From assembly GCF_009914755.1 (NCBI RefSeq), contig NC_060947.1: DNA of 64,000 bases; one strand, written 5' to 3'. This DNA comes from the human T2T-CHM13v2.0 reference genome, Homo sapiens. The position numbers and the translations under genes are program-made. The notes beneath the pieces were generated by a model. That model was not told the DNA's origin. It made no database searches and was given only the letters and a program-made list of their open reading frames with translations. Shown in pieces: positions 12,930 to 27,760 of the stretch. The stretch's first letter is position 1; every line of letters starts with the position of its first letter.

Positions 12930-14823
12930 AAGTGAGTGGAAAAGGCCATTTTGAATTCAATGTTGTAAGAGTTGTTTTGAGGCCTCATTGATAAATTAAT
13001 AATTGCAAGAAAAATGTTTCAGAGCTCATAAGTTTAGTTTGGAAAGTTGTTCCTAAAAAGGATTTACAGATAGTGAGCCATAAGTGAACACGGATAGGAG
13101 AAAAGTTTAAAATATTTTCTGACTCCAGGATATGGAGTCAGATAGGGAGTACAGAGAATGTTTCCTTTCCTGAGTTCCACGCAGAATTTAAGTTTCTAGG
13201 TTAGGTTTTATCCTTATGTAATTCTGATAACACTGCATTTTGTGACTATCTTTATCAGAAACACTGGTGGATAATGTTTTCTTTATTTAGGAATTCCTTT
13301 CATTGTGATAATCACTTGAGTGTTGTATGAGACCTTACCTACCTGGAAATGTAATCCATTGATTGTGCTGCCTTTGTACTTTCTTGTTAACAGTTTTAGA
13401 TCAACCATTATAATTGAAATCAGGAGACGGACCTCAAATAAATTAACACTGCTTCTTCCTTCTAGCTCCCATTAAAATTGGACTTTATTAAAATTAAAAA
13501 CTACTCTGTGAAACACATTAAGAAAATGAAAAGAAGCCATAGAATGCGAGAAAATCTTTGTCCTAAAAATATATGTGTTTTGAGTGTTTGTATTACTGCC
13601 ACTTTGTTTTGAGGAATGAGATTTAGGGAGCTTTTTAATATACTTCCTATAGATTCACTGATGTTCTTTTTCTGTTGTGATAAGGGAAACAAGGAAAAGT
13701 GAAGCGATTACCAAGAGTAAAAAAGGACGTTATTAATACTTAATACTTGTGCGCAGAATCAACATAAATGCTGTCCACCATAGAATTTCTGTAGTCTGTG
13801 ATAATTTAGAAAAATTATAAGCAGGGATATTTTAGAATATCTATTAAAGACTACTGATTTCTGGGCTTCTGTCCAAAATTAGGCAAGATTACTGTAGAGG
13901 TAATTGTTTGTAATAAGTGCTACGGTTTGCTCACAGTCACGTTCACATCCATGAAGCTAGACTAAATTTTAGTAGACTCTGCTCAAACTCCTTTCCTCCT
14001 ACAAATTTCAGCCTATTAAGGGATAAGTAGACAACGATTTTAATGTTACCTTTTACATGATGGCAAACCTGTGGCTGCCAGAAGTTGAATGTGGATAATA
14101 ATTGAGATATATTCTTTCAGATATTTCAAATGTGTGAAAATTATTTCAACTTGCATAAGAAAAAAATGAAATTCCTGAAATGACCTAACAATATTTGTTA
14201 TTAAGTATTTCTTATTAAACTAGAAAATAGGTTGATATTTTGATAGGGGAGTTATTATTTATTGACAAAGACTTTAAATTAAAGCTATTAATATAAGCAT
14301 TCATTTTAGAGATTTATATCTAAAAGGGTATAACATACTCCAAGTCTTGTTTTCTTCTACAGTTCTGAAGCTTAGAGAATCTACATCCTGCCTTATCAGC
14401 ACCTCTATTAAGTGTCTTAAAGAAATTGTAAAGCTGTCAACTATCAACACATCAATGCATTATTGTTATGATGTTACAAAATGGTTATAATGATTAAGAA
14501 GAAAGTTCTTAGTTTTGAAATGCAATGATGTTTGGCTTAAAGATTTGTGTTTGTTTTATGGGTAAAAATTTTGCATCTTATAAATATTTGGGAAGTGAAA
14601 GCAAAAACAAAGCATATTTATAATTAAATGTGTGGATACAGGAAGATTTTTAAAATGATTAAACAATATAAAATACCACAGGTACTATTAATGGCACAAG
14701 GAGACACTAAGATATAATAAAAATTGTTTTTATAAGAAAACTAAGAATGAATTTAGGTACTTTTTAACAAACTATTTCAGATAATCATAATGTAACAAGT
14801 TTAATATGCACTGTCTCTTTTAG

Positions 14824-14996
14824 GACTGGATCTGCCATTTATGATGATGCCTCATCCCCTACTTCCAGTCAGCTTACCTCCTGCATCAGTTGCCATGGCA
14901 ATGAATCAGATGAACCATCTCAATACTATTGCCAACATGGCTGCTGCAGCACAGATTCACAGTCCACTCTCCAGAGCTGGTACCTCTGTTATAAAG
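14824..14996 (+). CDS. DACH2: DACH2 internal coding exon, 173 nt, phase 1 to 0
   Basis: Acceptor ctgtctcttttag|GA and donor AAG|gtaaga. Translates (G)LDLPFMMMPHPLLPVSLPPASVAMAMNQMNHLNTIANMAAAAQIHSPLSRAGTSVIK, recognised as DACH2 (the DACH1 paralog reads GLELPFMMMPHPLIPVSLPPASVTMAMSQ). Confidence 0.96.
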
Positions 14997-15344
14997 GTAA
15001 GAATCGTGATTTAGAAAAGGACAAAGGTGTCAATTTCATGCAAATTTTGATAAAATATTTACAATCCCACTGGATCTTCAGTAGTAACTCAGCTCATTGA
15101 CTCAGTTAGTTAGCATACAGTATTGATGGGTTTAGTTTGTGACTAGGCCTGCCAGGTTTGTTGTTGTTTGTTTGTTTTCATTCTGTGACCACAGATCTCA
15201 CTTTTAATTCTATTTCCTGTCTTGCAATCATGTGCACAGTGTGGGGGAGGCATGGGCAGACTAATGACAGAGTAGAAGAGTGTGCAAAAACCATTCCCAT
15301 AGCTGGGGTGAAACAAAGTAAACACTGTGCATCTTTTTGGAGTT

Positions 15345-15575
15345 TGAGAGACAGTTATGAGGTATGATATAACATACAGGACTTATAGTCAGACAGATTT
15401 GGGTTCCAATTCTGATTTGCAACTTAGCTGAATGAACTTGGGTATGACAGCCCTCCTGAACATGTTTCCTCAACTATAAAATGAAGGTCATAGTTAATAA
15501 TCTATGCTGCTTATTTCATGGGCTGTCTGGAGATAATATGAGTAAAATATATGTAAAAACCTGTAAAACATTAAC
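15345..15575 (+). mobile_element. MIR SINE, diverged
   Basis: agtcagacagatttgggttc...acttagctgaatgaacttggg...tttcctcaactataaaatg resembles the MIR core. Confidence 0.7.
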
Positions 15576-16480
15576 AATATTTATGATAATATATTGCATT
15601 AACATTATAATGTTAGAATACTATTTTTCAAGTTTATGGGCATTGGATAATGAAACACAAAGGATATTTCGTAGCTACCCCTTCTTTTTCCTCTTAGTTT
15701 GGCATATGGCTTTTCTGCTCTCTTTCCAATTATCATATGAACTAGGGTTTTGAATGCTTTTTCTTCTTGTGAGGAGGTGATATATGGGTACATAGGATCC
15801 CAAGATTTTAGTCAGAAACCCATTGATTTCCTCCTTTATTCCTTCACTTACTCAACAAATATTATACCCTTAATAATTACATGCCAGGTTATTGAGCAAT
15901 ATGGGAAATTTATAAGTAAGATATACACCTTGACTTCCAGGAGCTCCCAAACATAAATGTGAGACAAACAAGTACCCACTTAATTTGTACTAACAAGACA
16001 GACTATGATGGATAACATAGGAGAACCACCAAGTATTACAGGAATTTAGAGGAAGGAGTGATTTTATCTACCTTTAAGAAGAGAGGAGGCGGGGATCTGG
16101 GAAGGCATTATAGTTGATGGATTTCAACTGAGCCTTGCAATATTGATATGATTGTAATAGATAGGCATGGAAGTGAAAGAACTGAAGGCAGAGGAAATGT
16201 GACATTTTGGACATATTTGTTTCATTTTAAAATCAGCTTGTAATTTTGGAGCCTTCTAAAGCACTGAAGAAAATTTAAAGCATAACCTTTGTAAGAAAGG
16301 AACAGAAAAATTGATCATTTTTATAAAGCTTCATCTATATATTTAAAACACCAAGTGGAAGCATGCTTCCTGGAAAGACTGGTTACAGACTTCACCGCTA
16401 CACAAATTCCCTGGCAACAAAACTGCACTTGTATCCCTGAATCAATAAAAAAAATTAAAGGGTAAAAATAAAGCCTGTGG

Positions 16481-16712
16481 TTGATAATGGATTAGTCTAT
16501 CCTAACTAATGAGAGCTCTGTTATTAAAATATTTGATGGGAGTGTAAACTTGGAGTTAGAGTTGTCTTTGAGAAGAAAATTACCCATGAAATGTGGGATA
16601 AATTTCCCATTATTTTGAAACTGGATGGCTATTAAGAAAATATGACAACACAAACAAATTGTGAAATTATATTAAAAAGCAAACCTGGGAGCAGTGGCAG
16701 TGACATGTGCCT
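16481..16712 (+). repeat. 232-bp direct repeat, copy 1 (probable donor)
   Basis: Aligns without gaps to 17781-18012 (offset 1300); 12 mismatches counted by hand. Confidence 0.95.
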
Positions 16713-16828
16713 GTAGTCCCAGCTGCTTAGGCGCCTAAGGAGAGGAAGATCACTTGAAACCAGGGGTTCAAGATCAGCCTGAGCAACATTGTGAGACTCC
16801 TTCTCTAAAACAAACAGACAAACAAAAG
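16684..16828 (+). mobile_element. Alu monomer (FLAM-like)
   Basis: gcctgtagtcccagctgct...gatcacttgaaaccaggggttcaagatcagcctgagcaacat followed by an A-rich tail; single arm. Confidence 0.8.
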
Positions 16829-17780
16829 CACTTCAAAGTAATGGTATTGTCATACTGGCTTTGGAATGATGGAAGAGTACTCTTAATAGAGGCATGCATA
16901 TGACTCTTAAAAGTACATTGGTTTGTTTTCATAAATACCATATTTAATTAGCTATATTTTGTTTGAATGTTTGAGACTTCAGTTAGCTTTGTGAATAATT
17001 TGAGTCAAGAGGCACATGGAAATGTGGTTCATAATTGTGGTCCTGGAAATGGAAAAGATAATTATCTTCTTAATCCAAATATTGTTTTATTTTTTACCCA
17101 TTATGACAATATAACTGAAATTTTGTTTAGGGCTTATTAGTCTATTTCATATGCAACCTTTTAAAAAAGAAACTTGGAATTGTCACAAACAATTTTATAC
17201 AACTTTTTAAAAGGCGAAATTAGATCACATGCTTATTTATGTCCTGCCAAATACACAAATACACAGAAACCATTTTATGCTAAAGAGAAATGGATCTACT
17301 TTCATGTGGTTATTTTGACTAAAGTAAGTTAAGAGAGATATATTTAATTAAAACACTCTGATAAAAATTTCTATTTCTCTACAAATCTATCAGAAATATA
17401 TTTTGTCATATGCATAGATTGCATGGTGGTGGAAAAAGGGCTTTTTGGGTATCCATTATCCAAATAATGTACATTGTACCCAGTGAGTAATCTCTCATCA
17501 TGCACCCTATTCCATCCCCTCACCTTTCCATTGTTTATCATTCCACACTTTACACTCCTGTGTACACATTATTTAGTTCCCACTTATAAGTGAGAACATA
17601 TGGTATTTGTCTTTCTGTGCCTGACTTGTTATGCTTAAGATAATGGCCTCCATTTTCATCCATATTGCTGCAAAAGACAGATTTCATTCTTTCTTATGGC
17701 TAAATAGTATTCCATTTACATATATAGATATATAGTATTCATATACACATGTATGTATATGTAGATAGATAGATAGGAAC

Positions 17781-18012
17781 TTGATAATGAGTTAGTCTAT
17801 CCTAACTAATGAGAGGTCTGTTATTAAAATATTTGACTGGAGTGTAAACTTGGACATAGAATTGTCTTTGAGAAGAAAATTACCCATGAAATGTAGGATA
17901 AATTTCCCATGATTTTGAAACTGGATGGCTATTAAGAAAATATGACAACACAAACAAATGATGAAATTATATTAAAAAGCAAACCTGGGAGCAGTGGCAG
18001 TGACATGTGCCT
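17781..18012 (+). repeat. 232-bp direct repeat, copy 2, inserted in a TA-rich tract within L1
   Basis: About 95% identical to 16481-16712; ends part-way into the FLAM sequence; flanked by TA-rich DNA. Confidence 0.95.
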
Positions 18013-19759
18013 TATTATATATAATATATATATATATATATATACATATATATGAATACTATTTGGAATATATATATATAATGGAATACTATGATCCTAA
18101 AAAAGTGCAAGATATATATTTTTATATATATTCATATATATGCATATGTATATATATATCTTGCAGTTTTTCTTTATCATATCATCTGTTGATGGACACA
18201 TAGGTTGATCGTATATCATTGCTGTTGTGAATAGTACTGCAATAAACATATGAGTACAGATATCTTTTTGATATAGTGAGTTATTTTCCTTTGGGTAGAT
18301 ACTCAATAGTGGGATTGTTGGATTGAGTGGTAGTTCTATTTATAGTTCTTTGAGAAATCTCCATACTGTCATAGTGAATGCACTAATTTACATTTTTACC
18401 AACAGTGCATAAGCATTATGTTTTCTCCTCACAAACACTTGTTATTTTTTCTTTTGAAAAATAGCCATTCCGACTCATGTAAAATGATATCCCATTGTGG
18501 TTTTAATTTGCGTTTCTCTGATAATTAGTGATGTTGAGCATTTTCATGTGCCTGTTAGCCATTTGTATGTTTATCCATGTCCTTTGCCCACTTTGTACTG
18601 GGATTATTTTGAGTTTTCTTTTTGAGTTGTTTGAGTTCCTTCTAAATTCTGATTACTAATCCCCTGTCACATGCATTATTTGCAAATATTATCTCCCATT
18701 CTATAGGTTGCCTGTTCAATCTTGATTATTTCTTTTGCTGTGCAAAAGATTTTTAGTTTAATTAAGTCCCATTTGTCTATTTTTGTTTTTGCTGCCTGTG
18801 CTTTTTACATCTTATTCATAAATACTTTGCCTAGACCAATGTCCAGGAGAATTTTCCTTAGGTATTTTTATAGTATTTTTATAATTTCATGTCTTGCATT
18901 TAAGGGTTTAATCCATGTTGAGTTGATTTTTGAATATGCTGAAAGATAAGGGTCCAATTTCATTCTTCTGTGTATGGCAATCAAAGTTTCCCAGCACCAT
19001 TTGTTGAAAAGGGTGTCATTTCCCCAGTATATGTTCCTGTTGATTTTGTCACAAAAGAGCTGGCTCTGAGTGCATGGCTTTATTTCTGTGTTCCCTGTTT
19101 TGTTCCCTTGATCTATGTGTCTATTTTTATATCAGTACCATGCTGCTTTGGTTACTGTAGCCTTACAGTATAATTTGAAGTCAGGTAATGAGATGCCTCC
19201 AGCCTTATTCTTTTTGCTTAGTATTTATTTGGTTATTTGTGCTCTTTTTTAGTTCCATATGATTTTGAGGATAGTATTTTCTATTTCTGTGAAAGATGAA
19301 TTTTTTTATGGATTGCGTTAAATCTGTAGATTGCTTTGCACAGTATGGTCATTTTAATAATGTTAGTTTTTTCTAATCCAAGAGCAAGGGATATTTTTCC
19401 ATTTGTTTTTGACATCTACAATTACTTTCACCAGTGTTTTGTAGTTTTCCTTGTAGATGTCTTTTACCTCTTTGGCTAAAATTATTCTTAGTTTATTTTT
19501 CACTAGCTGTTGTAAATGGGATTGTTGTCTTTATTTGTTTATCTGCTGGATCATTATTGGTATGTATAAATGCTACCAATTTTTTGTAAAGGGATCTTCA
19601 AACTTTACTAAACTAATTTCTCAAATTCAAAAGATATTTGGTGGAGACTGAGGTTTTCTAGATGTAGGTCATATCATCAGTGAACTGGGAAAATTTGACT
19701 TCCCCTTTTCAATTTGGATGCCTTTTATTTCTTTCTTTTGCATGATTGCTCTGGCTGGG

Positions 19760-22336
<2,577 letters not shown>

Positions 22337-22619
22337 CTGGGACTCCAGTACTATGTTGAATCAGACTGGTGAGCATAGGCATCTTTGTCTTGTTCCAGTT
22401 CTTAGAATACTTTCAACTTTTCTCCAGTCAGTATGATACTGGTTGTGGGTTTGTCATAATGGTTCTCATTGTTTTGAGGTATTTTCCTTTTACAGAACCT
22501 TAGTTCATTGAGCTCTTTTATCATGAAGGGAAGTTGGATTTTTTTTAAACGCATTTTCTGCATGTGTTGAGATGATTATATGATTTTTGTTTTTAATTTG
22601 GATTGTGTAATATATCTTA

Positions 22620-22919
<300 letters not shown>

Positions 22920-25900
22920 TCACATTTATTGATTTGTATATATAGATTCATCCTTACATTCCTAGTATAAAACACACTTGATCATTATATATTATCTTTT
23001 TGATGTGTTATTGACTTAATTTATTAATATTTTGTTGAGGATATTTGTGTCTATGCTTTTCAAGGATATTGGCCTGTAGTTTCCTTTTATTGTTGTGTTG
23101 TCCTCTGGTTTTGTTATCAGGATGTTACTGGCCTCATAGCATTATTTAGGGATAATTTCCTCCTCCTCAACTTTTTGTAACAATTTCAGGATGATTGGTG
23201 TTAGTAGAATTTGGCTGTGAATACACCTGATCATGGGCTTTATTTTGTTTGATGGTTATTTGTTTTAATGATTCAATCCCGCTACTCATTATTGTTCTGC
23301 TCAGGTTTTATATTTCTTCTTGGTTCAATCTTGAGAAAATGTAAGTTTCTAGGAATTTATCCATTTCCTCTAAGTTTTCAAGTATGCAAGCTTTTACTTC
23401 TTCATAGTAGTCTCTGATGATCTTTCATTTTTCTGTGGAATCAATTGTAATGTCTCCTTTTTATTTATGATTTTTATTTGTATCTTTTGTTAGTCTAGCT
23501 AATGGGTTATCAATTTTGTTTATGTTTTCAAAGAGCTAATTTCTCATGTTGGTTTTTCATACTTTTTCATTATTTATTTCATTTAGTTCTGCTCCGATAT
23601 TTATTCCTTCTGCTAATTTTTTTTTTTTTTTGCTTTTTTGCTTTTCTTGCTCCTTGAGGTGTGTTGTTAGGTTGATAATTTGTAAGCTTTCTACATGTTT
23701 GAAGTAGGCAGTTAATGGTATAAACTTCCCTCTTAGCACAATTTTTGTATGTCTCATTGGTTTTGATATGTAGTGGTTCCATTTTCATTTGTTTTAAGAA
23801 ATTTCTAGATTTCCTTCTTAATTTCTTCCTTAAGCCAATGATTGCTCAAGAGCATGTTGTTTAATTTCCATATATTTGTAGTTTCCTTAGTTTTCCTTTT
23901 CAGTGATTTTTAGTTTTATTCCATTGTGGTCTGAGAAGATGCTGGATATGAATTTGAATTTTAAAAATGTGTTGATATTTGTTCTGTGGCCAAGTATGTG
24001 GTCTATCTTGGAGACTGTTCCATGTGCTGAAGAGAAGAAGGAATATTCTGTAGTTGTTAGATAGAATATTCTATAGATGGTTCTCCCATGTTGAGTGCTT
24101 ATATTTTTAGAATCATGATATCCTCTTGCTGAATTGATCATTTTATCAATAGCACTTGAGTTGTCTTTTTTTTTTACTGTTTTTGATTTAAAGTCTGTTG
24201 TATCTGATATAAATATAGCTACTCCTGCTGGCTTTTGATTTTCATTTGCATGAAATATCTTTTTTTTCACCCCTTTGATTCTGTATTTGTTTTTAAAGGA
24301 AAGTTTCTTGTTACCAGCATAAAGTTGGATCATGTTTTTTAATGTATTTCACCCATCTATGTCTTAAGTGTAGCATTTAATCTACTTACATTCCAGGTTA
24401 TTGTTGACATGTGAAGTTTTGTGCCTGTCATGTTTTTTATTCCTTTTAATTGGTTTTATAAATTATTTGCTTTTTCCTTATTCTCTATGTTTCTTTATGA
24501 TTTGATGGAATTCCGTCATGTTGTCATTTGATTATTGCTCTTTCTCCTTTGTATGACTGTTTTGTAAGTCTTGTGAGTTTTATACTTCCACATGTTTTCG
24601 TGATGGCGAATAGTGAACTTTTGTTTCCATGTTTAAAACTCTTTTGAACATTTAATGTATGATCAGTATGGTGGGGAGGAATTATCAGTGTTTGCTTGTC
24701 TGGGAAATCTTTTATTTCTCCTTAACTTATGAAGCTTCCTCTTGTGGATAAAAAATGCTTGTCTGGCAGTTTTTTCTTCTTTTAGCACTTTGAAAATGTC
24801 ATACAATTCTCTTCTGGCCTGTAACATTTCAGCTGAGAATTCCACTGTCTGATGGGTGTTCCTTTATAGACGACTAGATGTTTTTCTCTTTCTGATTTTA
24901 AAATTATTTATTTCCTGTTGATTTTAGTTATTTTGACTAGAATATGGTGTGGTGAAGTCCTTTTTGCAATGTATATTCTTGGAGATTGCTAATTCTCCTT
25001 TAGATGTCTGACACTCTTGCTAGAAATGCAAAATCCCCATAAATTACTCCCTCATATAGGTTTTCTCGACTTTTGGTTCTTTCTTCCCCCTCGGAAACAC
25101 AGATAATTCTTAAGTTTGGTTGCTTTATGTACTTCAAAATGTGCTCTAGTCTTTATTCATTCTTTTAATTATTTTTTTGACTGACTGGATTATTTCCAAA
25201 GACTGGTCTTCATGTTATGAGACTTTTCCTTCTGCTTGGTCTTGTCTATCACTGAAATATTCAAATGTACTTTATATATCCTTCAATGAACTTTTCGGTT
25301 CTGGAATTTCTATTAAAAAAAAAAAATGATATCTGTCTTCTTGGTAAATTTCGCATTTATGTCCTGAATTGATTCTCCAATTTATTTGCATTTGTTTTCA
25401 GATTTCTCTTTCATGTGATTGAGCTTCTCTAAAATTAACATTTTGAATATTTTATCTGTCATTCAGTAATTTCATTTTGATTCATTTCTTTTCCTGAACA
25501 ATTTTTTATGGTTTTATTGTGTCATATTTCCTTGCTTTTCATGTTTCCTGGTGTAACAGTAGCTTTTTCCAAGTTTTTGAAATTGCTTTTATACAGGAGG
25601 ATTTTTGCTGAAAATGTATATATGTTATTGGTTGAGTCGGATACTTTGGCTTTGACTTTGGGTGCCCATGGTAGTGTAATCTATACATTTTTTTCTGTAA
25701 TACACAGGGTCATTGGTATCTGTGATTTCCTCCGTGGTTAGGGTACAGTTATTTGTTAAGGCTGTGCTGAAATTTTGCTGGGGACTGGGATGCCAGATGG
25801 ACCATTCTTCAGGCTCTAGTGGTGGCATCAATAGGCTGTGTCTGCCTGTTCTTAGTCCCCAGAGCAGCTTACATAGGCACCAGTGTTGATGAGTCCTGAA

Positions 25901-27760
25901 GGGCCAGTTCGTGGGCCTCCAGGTAGCTTGTTCGGATGCTGGTAGTGGCAGTGGTGGGCCATGAATTTGGGCAGGTTCCCAGGGCCCCTGGACTGCTGGT
26001 GTGGTGTGACTGAATGCAGTAGTGATGATGGAGCAACTCACTTGAAATCAAGTGGTTCATGCTCGTGTTGCTGGTGCCTGCAATTGGTTGTGGAGGCTAG
26101 TTCCCCTGGCCTGCTGGTAGCACATGTGGGTGGGTATCATCAGTTGTGGTATTGGTAGATTGGGTCAGTATGACTTCAGACTCTGGCAGCACCAATCAAA
26201 TGCCAGCAATAATAATCTAGGCTGGGAAACTTCCTGGGTCCTGCATGGCATGCTTGAGTGTTGGGGATATGGGTCTAGGCAAGCAGACTTTTCCTTGAAG
26301 GTAATGACTTCAGGTGCTGGCTGTGATAAGCAAAAGTGGGGTTGTCCTCATGACACCAGTGGAATTCTCAGGAATGGACTGTCATGGCTATGCTGTATAC
26401 CTGCCATCAGGGAGGGTGGGGCCCCTCATAGCGGGAGCACCATGCGCAGGTAGCTCTGGAAAGTACAGCCTGTCCACATCTTTGTCTCACAGAAGCGGTA
26501 GCAGGGGAGTGGGAATTGTTTTAGGAGTGCGTGGAATTGTCCAGTCTCCTCCCTCTTCAGCCAGGTGGCAGATGCAGCAGAGTCAGCCCAAACTCTGTCC
26601 ATTGGTGGGGCACAGCCCAGTGTTACACTCTCAAAATTGCACCAGGTGTGGGCCCATAACCAGAGAGAGTGGTGCACCTCTCAGGTGAGCAGCATGGATA
26701 AGAAGCTGTAGAAAGTGAAGTCTGCTTATGCCTCAATCTTGCAGCAGCCTCAAGCAGGGTGGCGGAGATTGTCCTAGGGGTGTGTGGGAGCATTCAGTTT
26801 CCCAGATCCTTCCTCAGTCCAATGTTGGCAATGGCAGCAGCCTTGTCAGTGCTGCCTTGGGGCAGGATCTAGATCCTTGGTATCTAGGCTCTCAGAATGG
26901 TTCCAGGTTGAAGCTGCTCTGAGATTGGATGCCTGTGGGATTTTGGGTGGGTTCCCTGTCTGGAGCAACACCTCTGCACAATCACTAGCAATGACCTGTG
27001 TTAGGCCCAAGGCCTGTGGTGATTGATGGGTTCTTCTATAAGCCAAGATTGCTAAAGTCTGTTGCAGGAGTGTGGAGTCCTGGGAGCTTCTCCGTTACTT
27101 TTTCCCCATGTCCAGGAGCTTTTCTTGGTCCCCAGCCAGCCCCCATCCTGGTAAGCTGCTTCAAACCCTCTCATTACTTGTTTTTGGGGTTTCCATCAGT
27201 CTCTGCTGAATTTTAGTTTTCTCTTTTAGAAAGTCTGTTTGAAATGTGAATATCTACTCACTGTTCTTTAAATTTTATGATCCTAGCAGTTTTACATAAT
27301 AAAACAAATATTTAAATTTGTATAACTCATTATTTTACAAAATATCTTAGTTGAAGTCACCAGGTCTTTTATATCATCTTTACCATTTAGGTAAACTGTG
27401 TTTCCAAATATGCATTATCAGAATATTTAACATTTAATTATTAGAAGTAAGTGTCTTCATTATGAAATTTGATTTCCATCTGACAAATCCACTATGAATT
27501 AAGAAAAGTCACAATGGCCTTTCCCAAAACCTCTTTGTTGTGTATAGTATAATAGATTTAAAACATACCTACAGAAAAACAATATGCAAAATTTGAAAGA
27601 TGCAGTATGAGACTAGGGCACATTATAAAAAGGGTCCAAAAAATGTGTTTAGTTATATAAAACTTGTGAAAATTTACAGAAAGAGCTATCAAATTATTTT
27701 GATATGTTTAAATTACTCTTACTGTCATGTTTTTTTTTCTTTCAGATCAAAATTACATTT

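Noticed and set aside
14345-14362. Strong-looking acceptor tcttgttttcttctacag 460 bp upstream of the exon
   Set aside because: No convincing paired donor or recognisable peptide; such sites are common in AT-rich introns.
15835-16200. Possible L2 fragment; also weak MIR-like pieces near 30550-30650 and 40930-41110
   Set aside because: Too diverged to call confidently by eye.
25625-27216. GC-richer region with many overlapping ORFs, possible promoter or gene
   Set aside because: Colinear with the 5' region of the antisense L1 and CpG-depleted, so not a CpG island.
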